From NCBI GenBank assembly GCA_030390025.1, contig CM059432.1, forward strand, positions 22,942,001 through 23,006,000: a DNA stretch of 64,000 bases. Direction: 5' to 3'. This stretch comes from Squalus acanthias (Eukaryota). The notes under the pieces were generated by a model that did no database searches, had not been told where the DNA came from, and saw nothing but the letters and a program-made list of their open reading frames with translations. A program made the position numbers and the translations under genes. This document shows positions 52,923-64,000 of this stretch, piece after piece. The first letter of the stretch is position 1, and each line of letters starts with the position of its first letter.

Positions 52923-53074
52923 TTAAATTAGGCTGAACTCATAAATGTGGCTGGGTTCAGTGCTTGTGGTTCAGTGCTTGTGGTTCAGTGCTTGTGGTGT
53001 TATTCCCACCACCAGTTCCAAGACGGGACATCAAAATTGGCCCCAGTGCTTCCACGCTGTAAAGTAATACATTT

Positions 53075-53490
53075 TGGAAGTTAAAAATAGGGAAGGGAAT
53101 GCACCACAAATAGTTTAAATTTAACTATTGAAGTAGAGGAACAGAGAAACCGATGTGTGCAGACACAGAGGTCATTAAAGATAGCAGATGAAGCCATAAA
53201 AAAGGAAAATGGTATCCTTGGTTTTGTATCTAAAGGCATGGAATATATAAGCAAGGAGATAATGTTGAACTTGTACAAGTTCTTAGTTAAGCTGCTGTTG
53301 GAGACTTGTGTGTGGTTTTGAGTACCCTGTTACAGGAAGGTTATAGAATGAATGGAAAGGGTGCAGTGTAGAGTCACTAATATGTTACCAGGGATGAGGG
53401 ATTATAGTTATGAAGCAAAACTTGATAAGTTACAGATTTTTTTCACCAGAGTGGAGAAGTTTAAGGATAACTTTACATGAAAGGTAATTA
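53075..53490 (+). mobile_element. Old CR1 RT fragment
   Basis: Similar to 39350-39780. Confidence 0.65.
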
Positions 53491-53500
53491 GTGATACATT

Positions 53501-54507
53501 GGGGGGATTTTAACTCCAAAAAACAGGTGAGTTGGGGTTGGGTGGGAGGTTAAAGAGTTAAAAACGGAATCCCGACTCCAACCTGCCTTCAACCTGCCCA
53601 CTTCCGGTTTTAACACAGGCGGGAGGGGGGCGGGCAGCCAACCTGCTCCCAGGAGGCGGGTCGTCCATTTAAATATTAAAATAAGGCTCCGTGCCTCATG
53701 GTGATCCACCATTTCAAATTTAACTCTGGCTGGCCGGGTTTCCCAGGCCTTGGGGAACTCGCCAGCTAAAGGGAGGCAAGGGCTGCTGGATCCAGGAAGT
53801 AAGTGCCTTTCCACTTACCTGCTGGATCCAATATCCCTGCCTTGTCAATCCCCCGTGATCAGACACCACCCCCCCTGCCGACCCTTCCGATCTCCACCTA
53901 GGCCTCCGCACCCCGAGGCCTCTGCCACCCCCACCCCCGAGGCCTCCAAGGCCCCCTCCCCCCCGCAATGAGACGTATGATCTCCGATCCCCCCGATCTC
54001 CAATCCCCCCTCTGGCCTTCGATCCTCGGCCTCTGGCCCACGATCCGCTGTCTGGCCCCCAACCTCCCCCTCCGGCCTCCGATCCCCGCTTCAGCCTTCC
54101 AGCCTCCCCCCTTCAGCTCCTGGCCTCCCCCCCCCCTCCGGCCCCGATCCTCCTTCGGCCCCGATCCTCCTCCGGCCCCGATCCTCCTCCGGCCCTGTCC
54201 TCCTCTGCCCCCGATCTCCCTCTGGTGCCGAACCTCTGGCCCCGATCTTCCTCTGGCCGCCGACCACCACAAACCCTCCCATCCCTCCATCCCTCTTTTC
54301 TGCAGCTTGGTGCCACAGGCCTACCCGCCCAACAGCCAGCCAGCCTCTCCATCTGGCTGGCATGCGGGTGGGAATCAAAGCTTTGGGCTGCTAATCAGGC
54401 CCTGCCGTTAAATTCGACAGGGCCTGCAGGAAACCCCTTCTCCCCAGTTTCCAGACCTCTTTCCAGCACCCCCGCTCCCTACCCACCTCCAAATTCAAAT
54501 TCCGGCC
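53501..54507. mobile_element. Harbinger-type MITE with C-rich tandem tract
   Basis: GGGGGGATTTTAA / TTCAAATTCCGGCC ends; ATT on both flanks. Confidence 0.75.
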
Positions 54508-54546
54508 ATTGCTTCCATTATTTGACAAGACAGTAACTAAAGAACA

Positions 54547-55667
54547 GGGCCAGGAGTTTCTGCTTTGAGCACAAGCAGCCATATGGACGCAAATTGTGCT
54601 GAAAATTGCTCTAGTTTTAAGAAGTGTTTATGTTGCTTAAGTTTCCGCTCAATATTGCTAATTAGCGGAAACTCGCAATGGTGATTAATTCGATCTGGGT
54701 GGTGACGTAAGAAAACTACTAGGCACTTGGTCTAAGCATTAAACAAAGCTTTAATCAGCTGTTTTACAACATGGAGATCTAGTTGTCCTTCACTGGTTCC
54801 TGTTAAAGAATGTCCTGAGCAAGCTGGGCCCATGCCCGAGTATTTATACTCTCCCTGGACAGCGCCACCAGCAGGCCGCCCAGTATTATGTCATAAGTCA
54901 TTTCCCATGAATGACAAGATTCATGTCAGGGGGCATGGCCAGTTTTGTGGTTGGGGCCGGCTTCAAGTGCGATGTTTTTTAAAATAGCGTAAACGATTTA
55001 GGAACTTAAAACGTAAGTGAGTTACGGCCAAAATCACTTACGTTCGTGCTTTCTGTGATCTTTTACATTGGTTCAAGAATCAATTAGCCCAAATCAGGCC
55101 GCTCTCACAAAACTGGCCTCACCCCCCCCACCCCCCCAGGTCAAAATTGCGAGATTCCGCCATTTGCTCTGGTTCGGGAAGGCTCTTCAAATTGCACTCA
55201 TTCTCTTAGGTGCACAGGCATTGTAAGCACGTTTTAAAAGCTTTTTCATATCAAAGAATATTTAATTTACTAAGAAACTGACTAGTGTACACCAATGAAA
55301 CTATTAAATGGTTCAGCATCGTTTTTTAAGTCATTTTCAGTGAAGTTAAATCAGGTTACTCACAGATGGAGTACTGGACACTTATTAAAAATGCTTATTT
55401 TTGGTGATAAACCCATTTTCAGCTGTATTCATTATACTGCACCAGGTTATCGCTCTTGAACACATCAAGCAATACTCTTTAATGGAAAGAAACAATAGAG
55501 AAATGATAACGTCTATTACGCTGCCCGATTGCACTGGTTCATGGAAGATTTTACGCTTCTGATTACATGAATTAGCGGAAACATGAAGCATAACCTAACC
55601 AGCGCAATTTCAAGTGCATTTTGGGCACAATTTCCCAATTGCGCCCAAAGCGGAAACTCTACCTTGT
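54547..55667. mobile_element. MITE-like element
   Basis: GGAGTTTCTGCTTTGAGCACAA inverted with TTGCGCCCAAAGCGGAAACTCT. Confidence 0.6.
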
Positions 55668-56444
55668 GATATTTAAAGTCTGTGGGGAGCAAGCTGAAGG
55701 GTACCTCACCATCATCCACTCTCCATGAATTTGAGTTCATCCAAAACTCGCATCAAGTCCCGTTCACCCATCACCCCTGTGCTCGCTGACCTACATTGGC
55801 TCCCGATCCCCCAACACCTGGTTTTAAGCGCCTTGGGACGTTTTACTACATTACATATAAATGCAAGTTGTTATTGTTGTGGTGTGTTACAATTTCCGGG
55901 CCTATTCTAGGTATTCTCTTTAATCTGTCGTCACTGCTCTCTTCCGTAAGTGAATCCCATATCTGTTACAATGAGGAGTTTACCATTCCTGCCCAATATC
56001 TAGTTATATGATAGCATGACTCAAGATCATAACAATAAAAGCCCCATGCTCTATGAATTGGGTCATGTTATCTCCCACATGCAACCATGTGCATTTCTCC
56101 AATCTGCCAAGAGGCAGAACTGATGAACAGTGAGAGAGTAAGATGAAAAAAATAAGAAGTTGGTATATTTTACAGATTATACATGACCGAACAAAGTAGT
56201 AAATCCTGAATTTTAACTTCTTCCATAATGTTCCCCATAACATATGAAACAGCAAATTACGCCACACTATCGGGCTAACTGAACTTTTCCTGCTTAGCTT
56301 TTTCTCTTCAGATTTTGCTCTATTTTAAATAATGGTGGATCGTTCCCTTCCCTGTTACCCTTACCCATCTTCCACAACTGACCCCAGACTATGTTTATTC
56401 CTTACCTGGACAGGAAGGTGGCAGTTTGACTGCCTTTGTTTTCT

Positions 56445-57010
56445 CTAGGCTCCAATATTCTCCTGGCCAGCCTTACATCTTCCACCCTCCATAATTTTGA
56501 GCTCAACCAAAACTCTGCTGCCCGTATCCTAACTCGCACCAATTCCCATTCACCCATTAGCCCTGTGCTGACTGACCTACATTGGTTCCTAGTCCATCAG
56601 TGCCTTGATTTTAAAATTTTCATCCACGTGTTCAAATCCTTCCATGGCCTCGCCCCTCATTAGCTCTGTAACCTCCTCCAGTCCTACAACCCTCTAAGAA
56701 CTCTGCGTTCCTCCAACTCCGGCCTTGTGTGCATCCTCCACTTCCTTCACCCCTCCATTGGTGGCCATTCCTTCAACTGTCTTGGCCCTAAGCTCTGTAA
56801 TTCCCTCACTAAACCTCTCTACCTCTCCATCTCTTGCTCCTCCTTTAAGAAGCTCCTTAAAACTATCTCTTTGACCGAACATTTGGTCACCTGTTCTGAT
56901 GTCTCCTTCTTTGGCTCTTTGTCAATTTTTGTCTGATTATACTCCTGTGAAGCACCCTGAGACGTATTACTAAGTTAAAAGTGCTATATAAATGCAAGTT
57001 ATTGTTGATG
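56445..57010 (+). mobile_element. L2 LINE 3' end (shorter piece at ~55700-55880)
   Basis: QNSAARILTRT..HSPISPVLTDLHWF..CLDFKI; tail GTGCTATATAAATGCAAGTTATTGTTG. Confidence 0.85.
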
Positions 57011-57569
57011 CTAACTCCCTCCCTGGAGTTGGCCAATAGTACTACCAATCAAACTGGTCATGCCAAACAACCACTGAGCTGCTAGTCAGGGCAGTTATTT
57101 GAACATACCAGCTTTGAATGTATGTTGGAATTATCTGAAAATGTTGTGGTCTTGATCTCATAAGGATAACAATTTCAATGTCTGGCCCATCTCTATTCGT
57201 GAGAACCCATTGAGACACCTGGTTCTCTATGTTTCAAATGGCTCCAGCATTCCCTCTATTAAGGGACAAAAAACATTACCGGAACTTTGTATATTAAATC
57301 TTAGAATCTTAGGTTTAACCATATCAAAGCCATATTTTAGCTTAAACCAAGAGTCGCTCCCAAGTGAAATATACAGAAATCCTGAAACGTGACAGTAGGA
57401 TTAGACTAGGTACCTCATGTGGGGACAATTGCTGACACAGACTTGATGGGTCACATAACCTTTCTCTGTTGAAACACCCAATGATTCTATGGCAGTGTCT
57501 TGATCCTTTCGTCCACAGACCCAATAGTCTTACAAATAGCTGGAAAAAAAATAATGGAATCAATTGCTA

Positions 57570-58180
57570 GGAATAAACTCGAGGAGTACCCTTATTAGAC
57601 TAATCTATTAAGTAATAGGCGACTTAGCTTAAGAAGGTAAAGATACTGCCTAATGAGCCTCCTTGACTTTTTTGTGGAAGTGGCATCCCAAGTGGACAGT
57701 GCAAAACCGCCTGACATGGTGTACTTAGATTTTCAAAAAGCTTTTGATAAAGTCATTCCTGAAGGGCTACTGAAAGGGGTAGGAATTCAAAGTGAAACCT
57801 GGATGGAGATAAGGAATTGACTGAAGGAAAGAATGCAGCAGTTACTTGTTAGGGAAGTGGAGAACACTGAGTGGAGTGTCACGGGGTTTGGTGCTGGGTC
57901 CCTTTTGTTCCCAATTTACATTGATAAGTTGGAGACAGAAAAGCAATGTAAACTGGTCAAGTTCACAGATAATGCTAAACTAAGGAGGAATGTCAAGCAG
58001 CTAAGGATCTAAAAAGGAGTTAAATAAAATAAATCAATGGGTAAATCAGTGGTAGATGAAATTCAGTACAGACATGTGCAAGGGAATTTAGACTAGAAAG
58101 AAAAATGAATGCCTCATGTATATAAAGAATGGTGTAGAAATAGCTAAAAGTAAGGTGGAAAGGGATTGAGGGGATGATGG
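57570..58180 (+). mobile_element. Old CR1 RT fragment
   Basis: GTGTACTTAGATTTTCAAAAAGCTTTTGATAAA encodes VYLDFQKAFDK. Confidence 0.7.
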
Positions 58181-58504
58181 TTGAATTGGCACTTAACATG
58201 TGAGCCGGACATTGTCTTGGGAGATTCTCCCACTCGGCCACCATACCTTTGGTGGAAAATCAGCGGAAACCCCGTTTACGTGTCTCTCCCGGGTTTCTGC
58301 CAATGCGTAATTAGATCAGAAAAACTTAAGTTTTCATCAGTTCAACTGATTGCCAGCTATGGGGAGTTCCACAGCTCAGCCTGTGGCGGAGCAGTGAACG
58401 ACTGACCGCAACTTCAAGATTTTCGCCTTTATCTGGCATGCGCTAAATCCTGAAGTTGCGGTCAGTTTCAGAGGGGTAATGATGGCGAACGCTAAATCCG
58501 GGCC

Positions 58505-58700
58505 ATAGTCCTTTCATCTCTGGGACTTGAGTTTGACTCCATTCCATAATAATGGATCAAAGTCTCCATTCCCTGCAGGTTGTCAGGTTCCTACCTGAAA
58601 TGGATTTGCCTGATTTTAACCGAGTTTCTAGTAACCATGGGCCAATAAAAAAACAAAACTGTTGTTAAGTTGTCAATCTCACACAAGCACAGCAGGTGTG
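58505..58700 (+). mobile_element. Possible LF-SINE-related relic
   Basis: Ordered motifs CCTTTCATCTCTGGG, AAAGTC, CCTACCTGAAATG, AGTTTCTAGT resemble my recollection of the LF-SINE 5' half. Confidence 0.4.
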
Positions 58701-59044
58701 GAACTCTCGGACTGGTGCAGTGGGAAATATGGGGGGTAATTTTACACTTCTGTTAAAGAGCTCTGCGCGATGGAAGCACATAGCAGGAAATCAGACATGG
58801 TGGACAACACGCTTGATTTTCCATCCACTGAAATTAATGGATGGAAAATCATATGGCTGTCAAAAGACAAAAGTGCTCTTGTCGCTTCTAGCTCTGTTAC
58901 GGGAGCACAAACTTGCAAATTTATCCTTAATCATCCTTCACCCTAATGGGTGCAAATCACCAAAAAAAAGAAATGATTAAAGGGCTAATATTAACACAGG
59001 GCTGAACTGAGCTGAATAACATCCTTTTAATATAAAATTAAGTG

Positions 59045-59392
59045 TACAACAACAACAATTTGCATTTATATAGCGCCTTTAACATAGTAAAACCTCCCAA
59101 AGTTGCTTCACAGGAGCGTTATCAAACACAATTTGACACCGAGGCACATAAGGAGATATTAGGACAGGTGATTAAAAGCTTGATCAAAGAGATAGGTTTT
59201 AAGAAGCATCTTAAAGGAGGAGAGAGAGGTAGAGAGGTGGAAAGGTTTAGGGAGGGACTTCTAGAGCTTCGGGCCCAGGGAGCTGAAGGCACAGCTGCCA
59301 ATGGTGGAGTGATTAAAATTGGCAATACACAAGAGCCCAGAATTGGAGGAGTGCAGAGATCTCAGAGGGCTGTAGGGCCGGAGGAGGTTACA
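59045..59392 (-). mobile_element. L2 LINE 3' end
   Basis: Reverse complement matches 56660-57010; (AAC)n tail. Confidence 0.85.
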
Positions 59393-59794
59393 TAGAATAA
59401 CACCACCATTAGTGATAATCAACACAGTGAAACAATTGTTCCTTAAGCTTTTTTACAGAGCCCTACTCAATGCAAAGACCAGTTTTTGTTTGCCAGGTTC
59501 GAACATACACAAGTGGGGTTAAGTTCAAAGTTGAAGCGTTAGGCCTAAGGCAGTGTCATTTAACATCAATCAAAGTCAAAGCCTGCTGCTACAGTACTCC
59601 AGCTGTTTTTTTGGAGTGCAGAAAGACCTAGAAAAAATTACGTTGGTAATCACCTAGTCCAAGATTTAAGCCCTAATGCATGCTCCAAAAACCTTAGTTT
59701 AGCAAGTAATAGTTAATTTATAAGGAAATGATAAGGAAGTAGGACTTAGTAATTTTGGAAAAAGGTACTTCAGGGTGCCCTAACTGAAGTTTTT

Positions 59795-60180
59795 AAAAAT
59801 GAGAAGTCGCACAACACCAGGTTATAGTCCAACAGATTTATTTAATTTTACAAGCTATCGAAGCAGTTCGCTCCTTCGTCAGGTAAGTTAACAGCGTAAT
59901 TACTGTGGAAGAGCCGAAGTTTTCGTCAGTTTCAATGATTTATAAGATTTCACTGAATGCCGCCTTTGTGGGGGGGGGAGGGGGGGTGGCGGGGGCACAG
60001 CGAAGCCAGTTCGGAGGCGTAATTGACAGACTGCAACTTCGTCACTGCTAACTTACCTGACGAAAGAGCGAACTGCTTCGAAAGCTTGTAAAATTAAATA
60101 AATCTGTTGGACTATAACCTGATGTTGTGCGACTTCTCATTTTTGTCCACCCCAGTCCAACGCCGGCATCTCCACATCAT
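59795..60180. mobile_element. PLE fold-back insertion with captured 154-bp insert, inside an old CR1 fragment (~59690-60290)
   Basis: ~95-bp inverted arms homologous to 23556-23963; same 3' extension; TGAAGTTTT repeated at both flanks. Confidence 0.85.
60053..60091 (+). ncRNA. Minimal hammerhead ribozyme motif (mirror copy 59848-59886 -, with GAAA>GATA)
   Basis: TTAC-CTGACGA-A-AGAGC-gaact-GCTTC-GAA-AGCT-T-GTAA. Confidence 0.7.
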
Positions 60181-60301
60181 GAAGTTTTCAAGATTGTGAA
60201 GGGAAATGACAAAGCCAATCCAGACAATTTTTTCACTATGGCGAAGGGTTCTAATACCAGGAACACAAGTTAAGAAGCTACAGTATCACCTTGCTTCTTA
60301 T

Positions 60302-60850
60302 TAGGAACATAGGAACAGGAGTAGGCCATTCACACTTCAAGCCTTTTCCACCATTGGCTGATCAGTACCTCAACTCCATTTGGTCATACCCCTTGATATC
60401 CTTACTTAGCGAAAATCTATCAATCTCAGTCTTGAAAATTTGAATTCACCCAGCATTCATAGCCTTTTGAGGAGAGAGGTCCATATTTTCACTACCCTTT
60501 ATGCAAAGAAATGCTTCCTGATTTCACTCCTAAATGGACTAGCTCTAATTTTAAGATTATGCCCTCTTGTTCGTGAAATAGTTTTTCTGTATCTACCTTA
60601 TCAACTCCCTTTATCAATTTAAATACCTTGATTAGATCACCCCTCGATCTTCTAAACTCAATGGAATACAAGCCAGTTTCTGTAACCTGTCCTCATAATT
60701 TAAGGCCAATATATATTTGCTGAGGTACAGTGTCCAAATCTGAACACAGTATTCCAGATGGGGTCTGACCAAGGCTCTACAACTGAAGCATCACTTCCTC
60801 ACTATTGAATTCCTATCCCCTTGAGATAAAGATCAACATTCCATTAACTT
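60302..60850 (-). mobile_element. CR1 3' end
   Basis: (TAGGAACA)n tail; similar to the reverse complement of 7055-7458. Confidence 0.8.
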
Positions 60851-61339
60851 TCCATACATCCTTTCCGGTATGTCAGAATCTCCAATTCATAATCACAATA
60901 GCACATGATCACTTAGTCACAGCTTATATTCCATATCCCATGTGTGTATGATGTTACCAGAGAAGGCCACTGACGTAGGCAGTACATACAGAGTAGGCAG
61001 TTGGGTTTCTGGAGAGAGTGGGACCCACAGGGATCGCATATCAGGGGTTATTCTGTGCTTTCCATGCTCCCAATGTGAAGCTGCACCTGCAGGGAACAGA
61101 GCTCAGTGAATTGAGGGGTAGTGTTGCAGTCTCCGATCTGTGGTCTCTGCGAGCTTGGCTTCCCCATGAAATTGCGGAATGGCCCTCTCAGGAATTTGCA
61201 CACCTGCCCCCATGATTCCGGTGGATGGGAATTTGCCGGGTCAGACATCCAAATTCCTGATATGCATTACTGACGCTTGAGGCTCTGCCCAGGAGTGTCC
61301 ATTCATGACATTTACCTTTACATTCCTACTTCTGCATAA

Positions 61340-62098
61340 TATGAACGGTGTCGCAGATAAAGGTATGACGGTGTACTCCCAGAGTATTAAAAGTGACCGG
61401 AACTTCGGGATTTGGCGCAAGGGCATGCAGAAATCCCGAAGTTGCAGTCTGTCAATTATGCCTCCGAACTGGCTTCGCTGTGCCCCCGCCACCCCCCCTC
61501 CCCCCCCCCCACAAAGGCGGCATTCAGTGAAATCTTATAAATCATTGAAACTGACGAAAACTTCGGCTCTTCCACAGTAATTACGCTGTTAAATTCCCCA
61601 CTAAAAGTTAGACCCAAAGGGATTAGGTGTCATTGGGGTTTTAAAAGCGTATTGACCACTAAACAAATGTTAAGGGCCTGGAAAACTAATTTTAATTTTT
61701 TGCAGTGTGAAATTTGTCCATTTTAATAAAAAATAAAAATTTTAAGAAACGTTTTTTAAAAATTACATTTTTTGAAGTTTGTGCATTTTTATTTTAGTTT
61801 TTCCTTTTCACCATATGAGAACCCCAATCTTTCTTTTGCTCTATCTAACTATTTTACAAAGGTAGAATTTTAAGGACTTACCCATTTCCTTGTTCGCTGT
61901 CAGTGAGAATTTTGCCTGTTGATTTGCTGCTTCGACAGCCTGTTGATGTCACAGCACTTCACTCAAGGGGATCCCCATTAAGTTCCGTTGAATTGAATTG
62001 AAGGTCAGAAAACCCGAAGTTCTCGACACGGGGATTGCGAGATCCCTGTGCGGAGTGTTCTTCAGGGTCAGCAGCTGGCTCCTGTGCTTCGCTGGGCC
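61340..62098. mobile_element. Harbinger-type MITE (related diverged piece ~58250-58505)
   Basis: Internal similarity to 23235-24390; hairpin AACTTCGGGATTT...AAATCCCGAAGTT; ends GCTGGGCC. Confidence 0.6.
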
Positions 62099-63169
62099 AA
62101 AGACACTATCTGAAGAACAGATCCATGGGTAGGAGATGCAGTGTGTAAAGCTTTGCTGTTGACAGACTTTTGAAATTGACACAGAACATAGTCTTGCAGT
62201 TGCATCATCTCTTGTGTTCCTGACATAAAGGTAACAGTTTAGCTTAATACCAGCTCTTAAAAAATTCTTCTGGTCCTGAACTATGGTGGTGGGGGTTGGG
62301 GGGGAGTGGGGAGTGGTCATTTAGTTGATAGCACTCTTGTCTTGACTTCTAAGAGACGCACAAGAGCAATACAGGTTGACACGTTCTCTGATTTTCCCAT
62401 TCCCATAGCAGAAGCACTTTAACTCCACTCAGCAAGTGTTTCCTATGGTCCACTGTGGACACCTGGCTGTATCCTGCAACTCAGAAGCACATTAACACAG
62501 TGACCGTAGACTAAAATTTTAGTCCATTTATCTTGGCCTCAGTCTAAGCTTACCTCACCAAATCACTGCTACCAAACTTACCTTGACTTCTCTCTCATTC
62601 TTTTCAACTTTATTGGTGTCTGCACTGTGGGCCATCGCATTGGTTTCAAGATTATAGGCGATCTACTTCTTGAATCAGAAATCAAACTATTAGCTCTACC
62701 TTAATGGCTTAGTTGGGAAATCCACTGCCCAATATGGTACTAAGTAGTACAGACCAGACAGACCCCAGGTTTAATCCCTGGTTTATGTTGAGTTGGCTGA
62801 TCTCAGGCAAGGCAGCTGTAAGTTTACTACAGTTGCTACAAATAGTATGCTAACATTCTCTGGTCCCACAGAATGAAGTCAAGTGAAGTACTACAGGACA
62901 ACTGGCACCCACAACACCAAGGGGGATAAATTGGTTAGTGTCCATTTTCGGGTGTGAACCAGGTGCCACACAAATTGCACGTGCCAGAAGAGGCCAGCCC
63001 AAGGACCACCTGAAATTGGTCTTTGGGCCTGATCTTAATATTTCAGGCTATCGTGCCACTAGAGGCAGCTAGGCTGCAAACACACCAGTGAAACTTGCAG
63101 AGAGCAGGCTAGATGCCTGCGCCACTCAGAGCAGCCCCAATTCCCAGAGGGGTCCTTTTCTTAAAATTT

Positions 63170-64000
63170 GGTTATGGGATGTGGGCAGTCGCTGGCAATG
63201 CCAGCATTTATTGCCCATTCCTAATTGCCCTTGAGAAGGTGGTGGTGAGCCGCCTTCTTGAACCGCTGCAGTCTGTGTGGTGAAGGTACTCCCACAACGC
63301 TGTTAGGTAGGAAGTTCCAGGATTTTGACCCAGCGACGATGAAGGATCATCAATATACTTCTAAGTCAGGATAGTGTGTGACTTGGAGGGGAACTTGGAG
63401 GTGGTGGTGTTCCCATGTGCCTGCTGCCCTTTTCCTTCTAGGTGGAAGAGGTCACGGGTTTGAGAGGTGCTGCCGAAGAAGCCTTGGCGAGTTGTTGCAG
63501 GGCACCTTGTAGATGGTACACACTGCAGCCACGGTATGCCGGTGGTGGAGGAAGTGAATGTTTAAGGTGGTGGATGGGGTGCCAATCAAGCGGGCTGCTT
63601 TGTCCTGGATGGTGTCGAGCTTCTTGAGTGTTGTTGGAGCTGCACTCATCCAGGCAAATGGAGAGTATTCCATCACACTCCTGACTTGTGCCTTGTATAT
63701 GGTGGAAAGGCTTTGGGGAGTCAGGAGGTGAGATACTCGCCGCAGAATACCTAGCCTCTGACCTGCTCTTGTTGCCACAGTATTTATGTGGCTGGTCCAG
63801 TTAAGTTTCTGGTCAATGGTGACCCCCAGGATGTTGATAGTGGGGGATTCGGTGATGGTAATACCGTTGAATGTCAAGGGGCGGTTGTTAGACTCTCTCT
63901 TGTTGAAGATAGTCATTGCCTGGCCCTTGTGTGGTGTGAATGTTACCTGCCACTTATCAGCCCAAGCCGGAACATCGTCCAGGTTTTGTTGCATGCGGGC
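63170..64000 (-). mobile_element. 3' part of a CR1/L2-group LINE distinct from the main CR1 family; runs off the window
   Basis: ORF 63452-63994 WADKWQVTF...ILGVTIDQKLNWTSHI...YKAQVRSVMEY...IQDKAARLI. Confidence 0.9.

Larger units (their letters stand above)
48826..53044. mobile_element. Old decayed two-gene Harbinger with nested CR1 and SINE (ends approximate)
   Basis: Plus-strand remnants HQVYRL/SYLDLS, LRRLRFS, VQGTIDG, NRKTFHSINV, HYPGNFHD, GWLIGEQGY at ~49220-49950; minus-strand remnant AHNER...WEEILG at ~51230-51325 resembles Myb-gene exon 2; candidate right TIR AAAATTGGCCCC. Confidence 0.7.

Noticed and set aside
52955..52998. Triple tandem GGTTCAGTGCTTGT
   Set aside because: Simple local slippage duplication with no further structure.
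53720..54536. Pro/Gly/Arg-rich ORFs (also 7801-8277)
   Set aside because: Translations of low-complexity tracts inside MITEs.

Overview
Repeat-dominated eukaryotic DNA. The repeat repertoire (many CR1 LINEs with 8-bp tails, Deu-domain SINEs, L2 ends, Penelope-type ends, Harbinger elements) suggests a cartilaginous fish; this is inference only. Contents: a disabled GC-rich Gypsy element with CHCC gag and 3' LTR (1-4084); one structurally complete but mutated two-gene Harbinger transposon (29691-33996); three older Harbinger relics and many Harbinger-type MITEs; a long CR1 with esterase ORF1 remnant (42870-47055) and many CR1/L2 fragments; several SINE families; one candidate host coding exon of unknown identity (19291-20187); and a ~62-bp minisatellite. 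The most unusual structures are two Penelope-derived fold-back insertions with minimal hammerhead ribozyme motifs in both arms. One of them (59795-60180) encloses a ~154-bp near-perfect inverted copy of DNA lying 1.4 kb downstream. No rRNA, true tRNA gene or CRISPR array is supported. All family assignments come from motif recognition, not database searches, and boundaries of old repeats are approximate.
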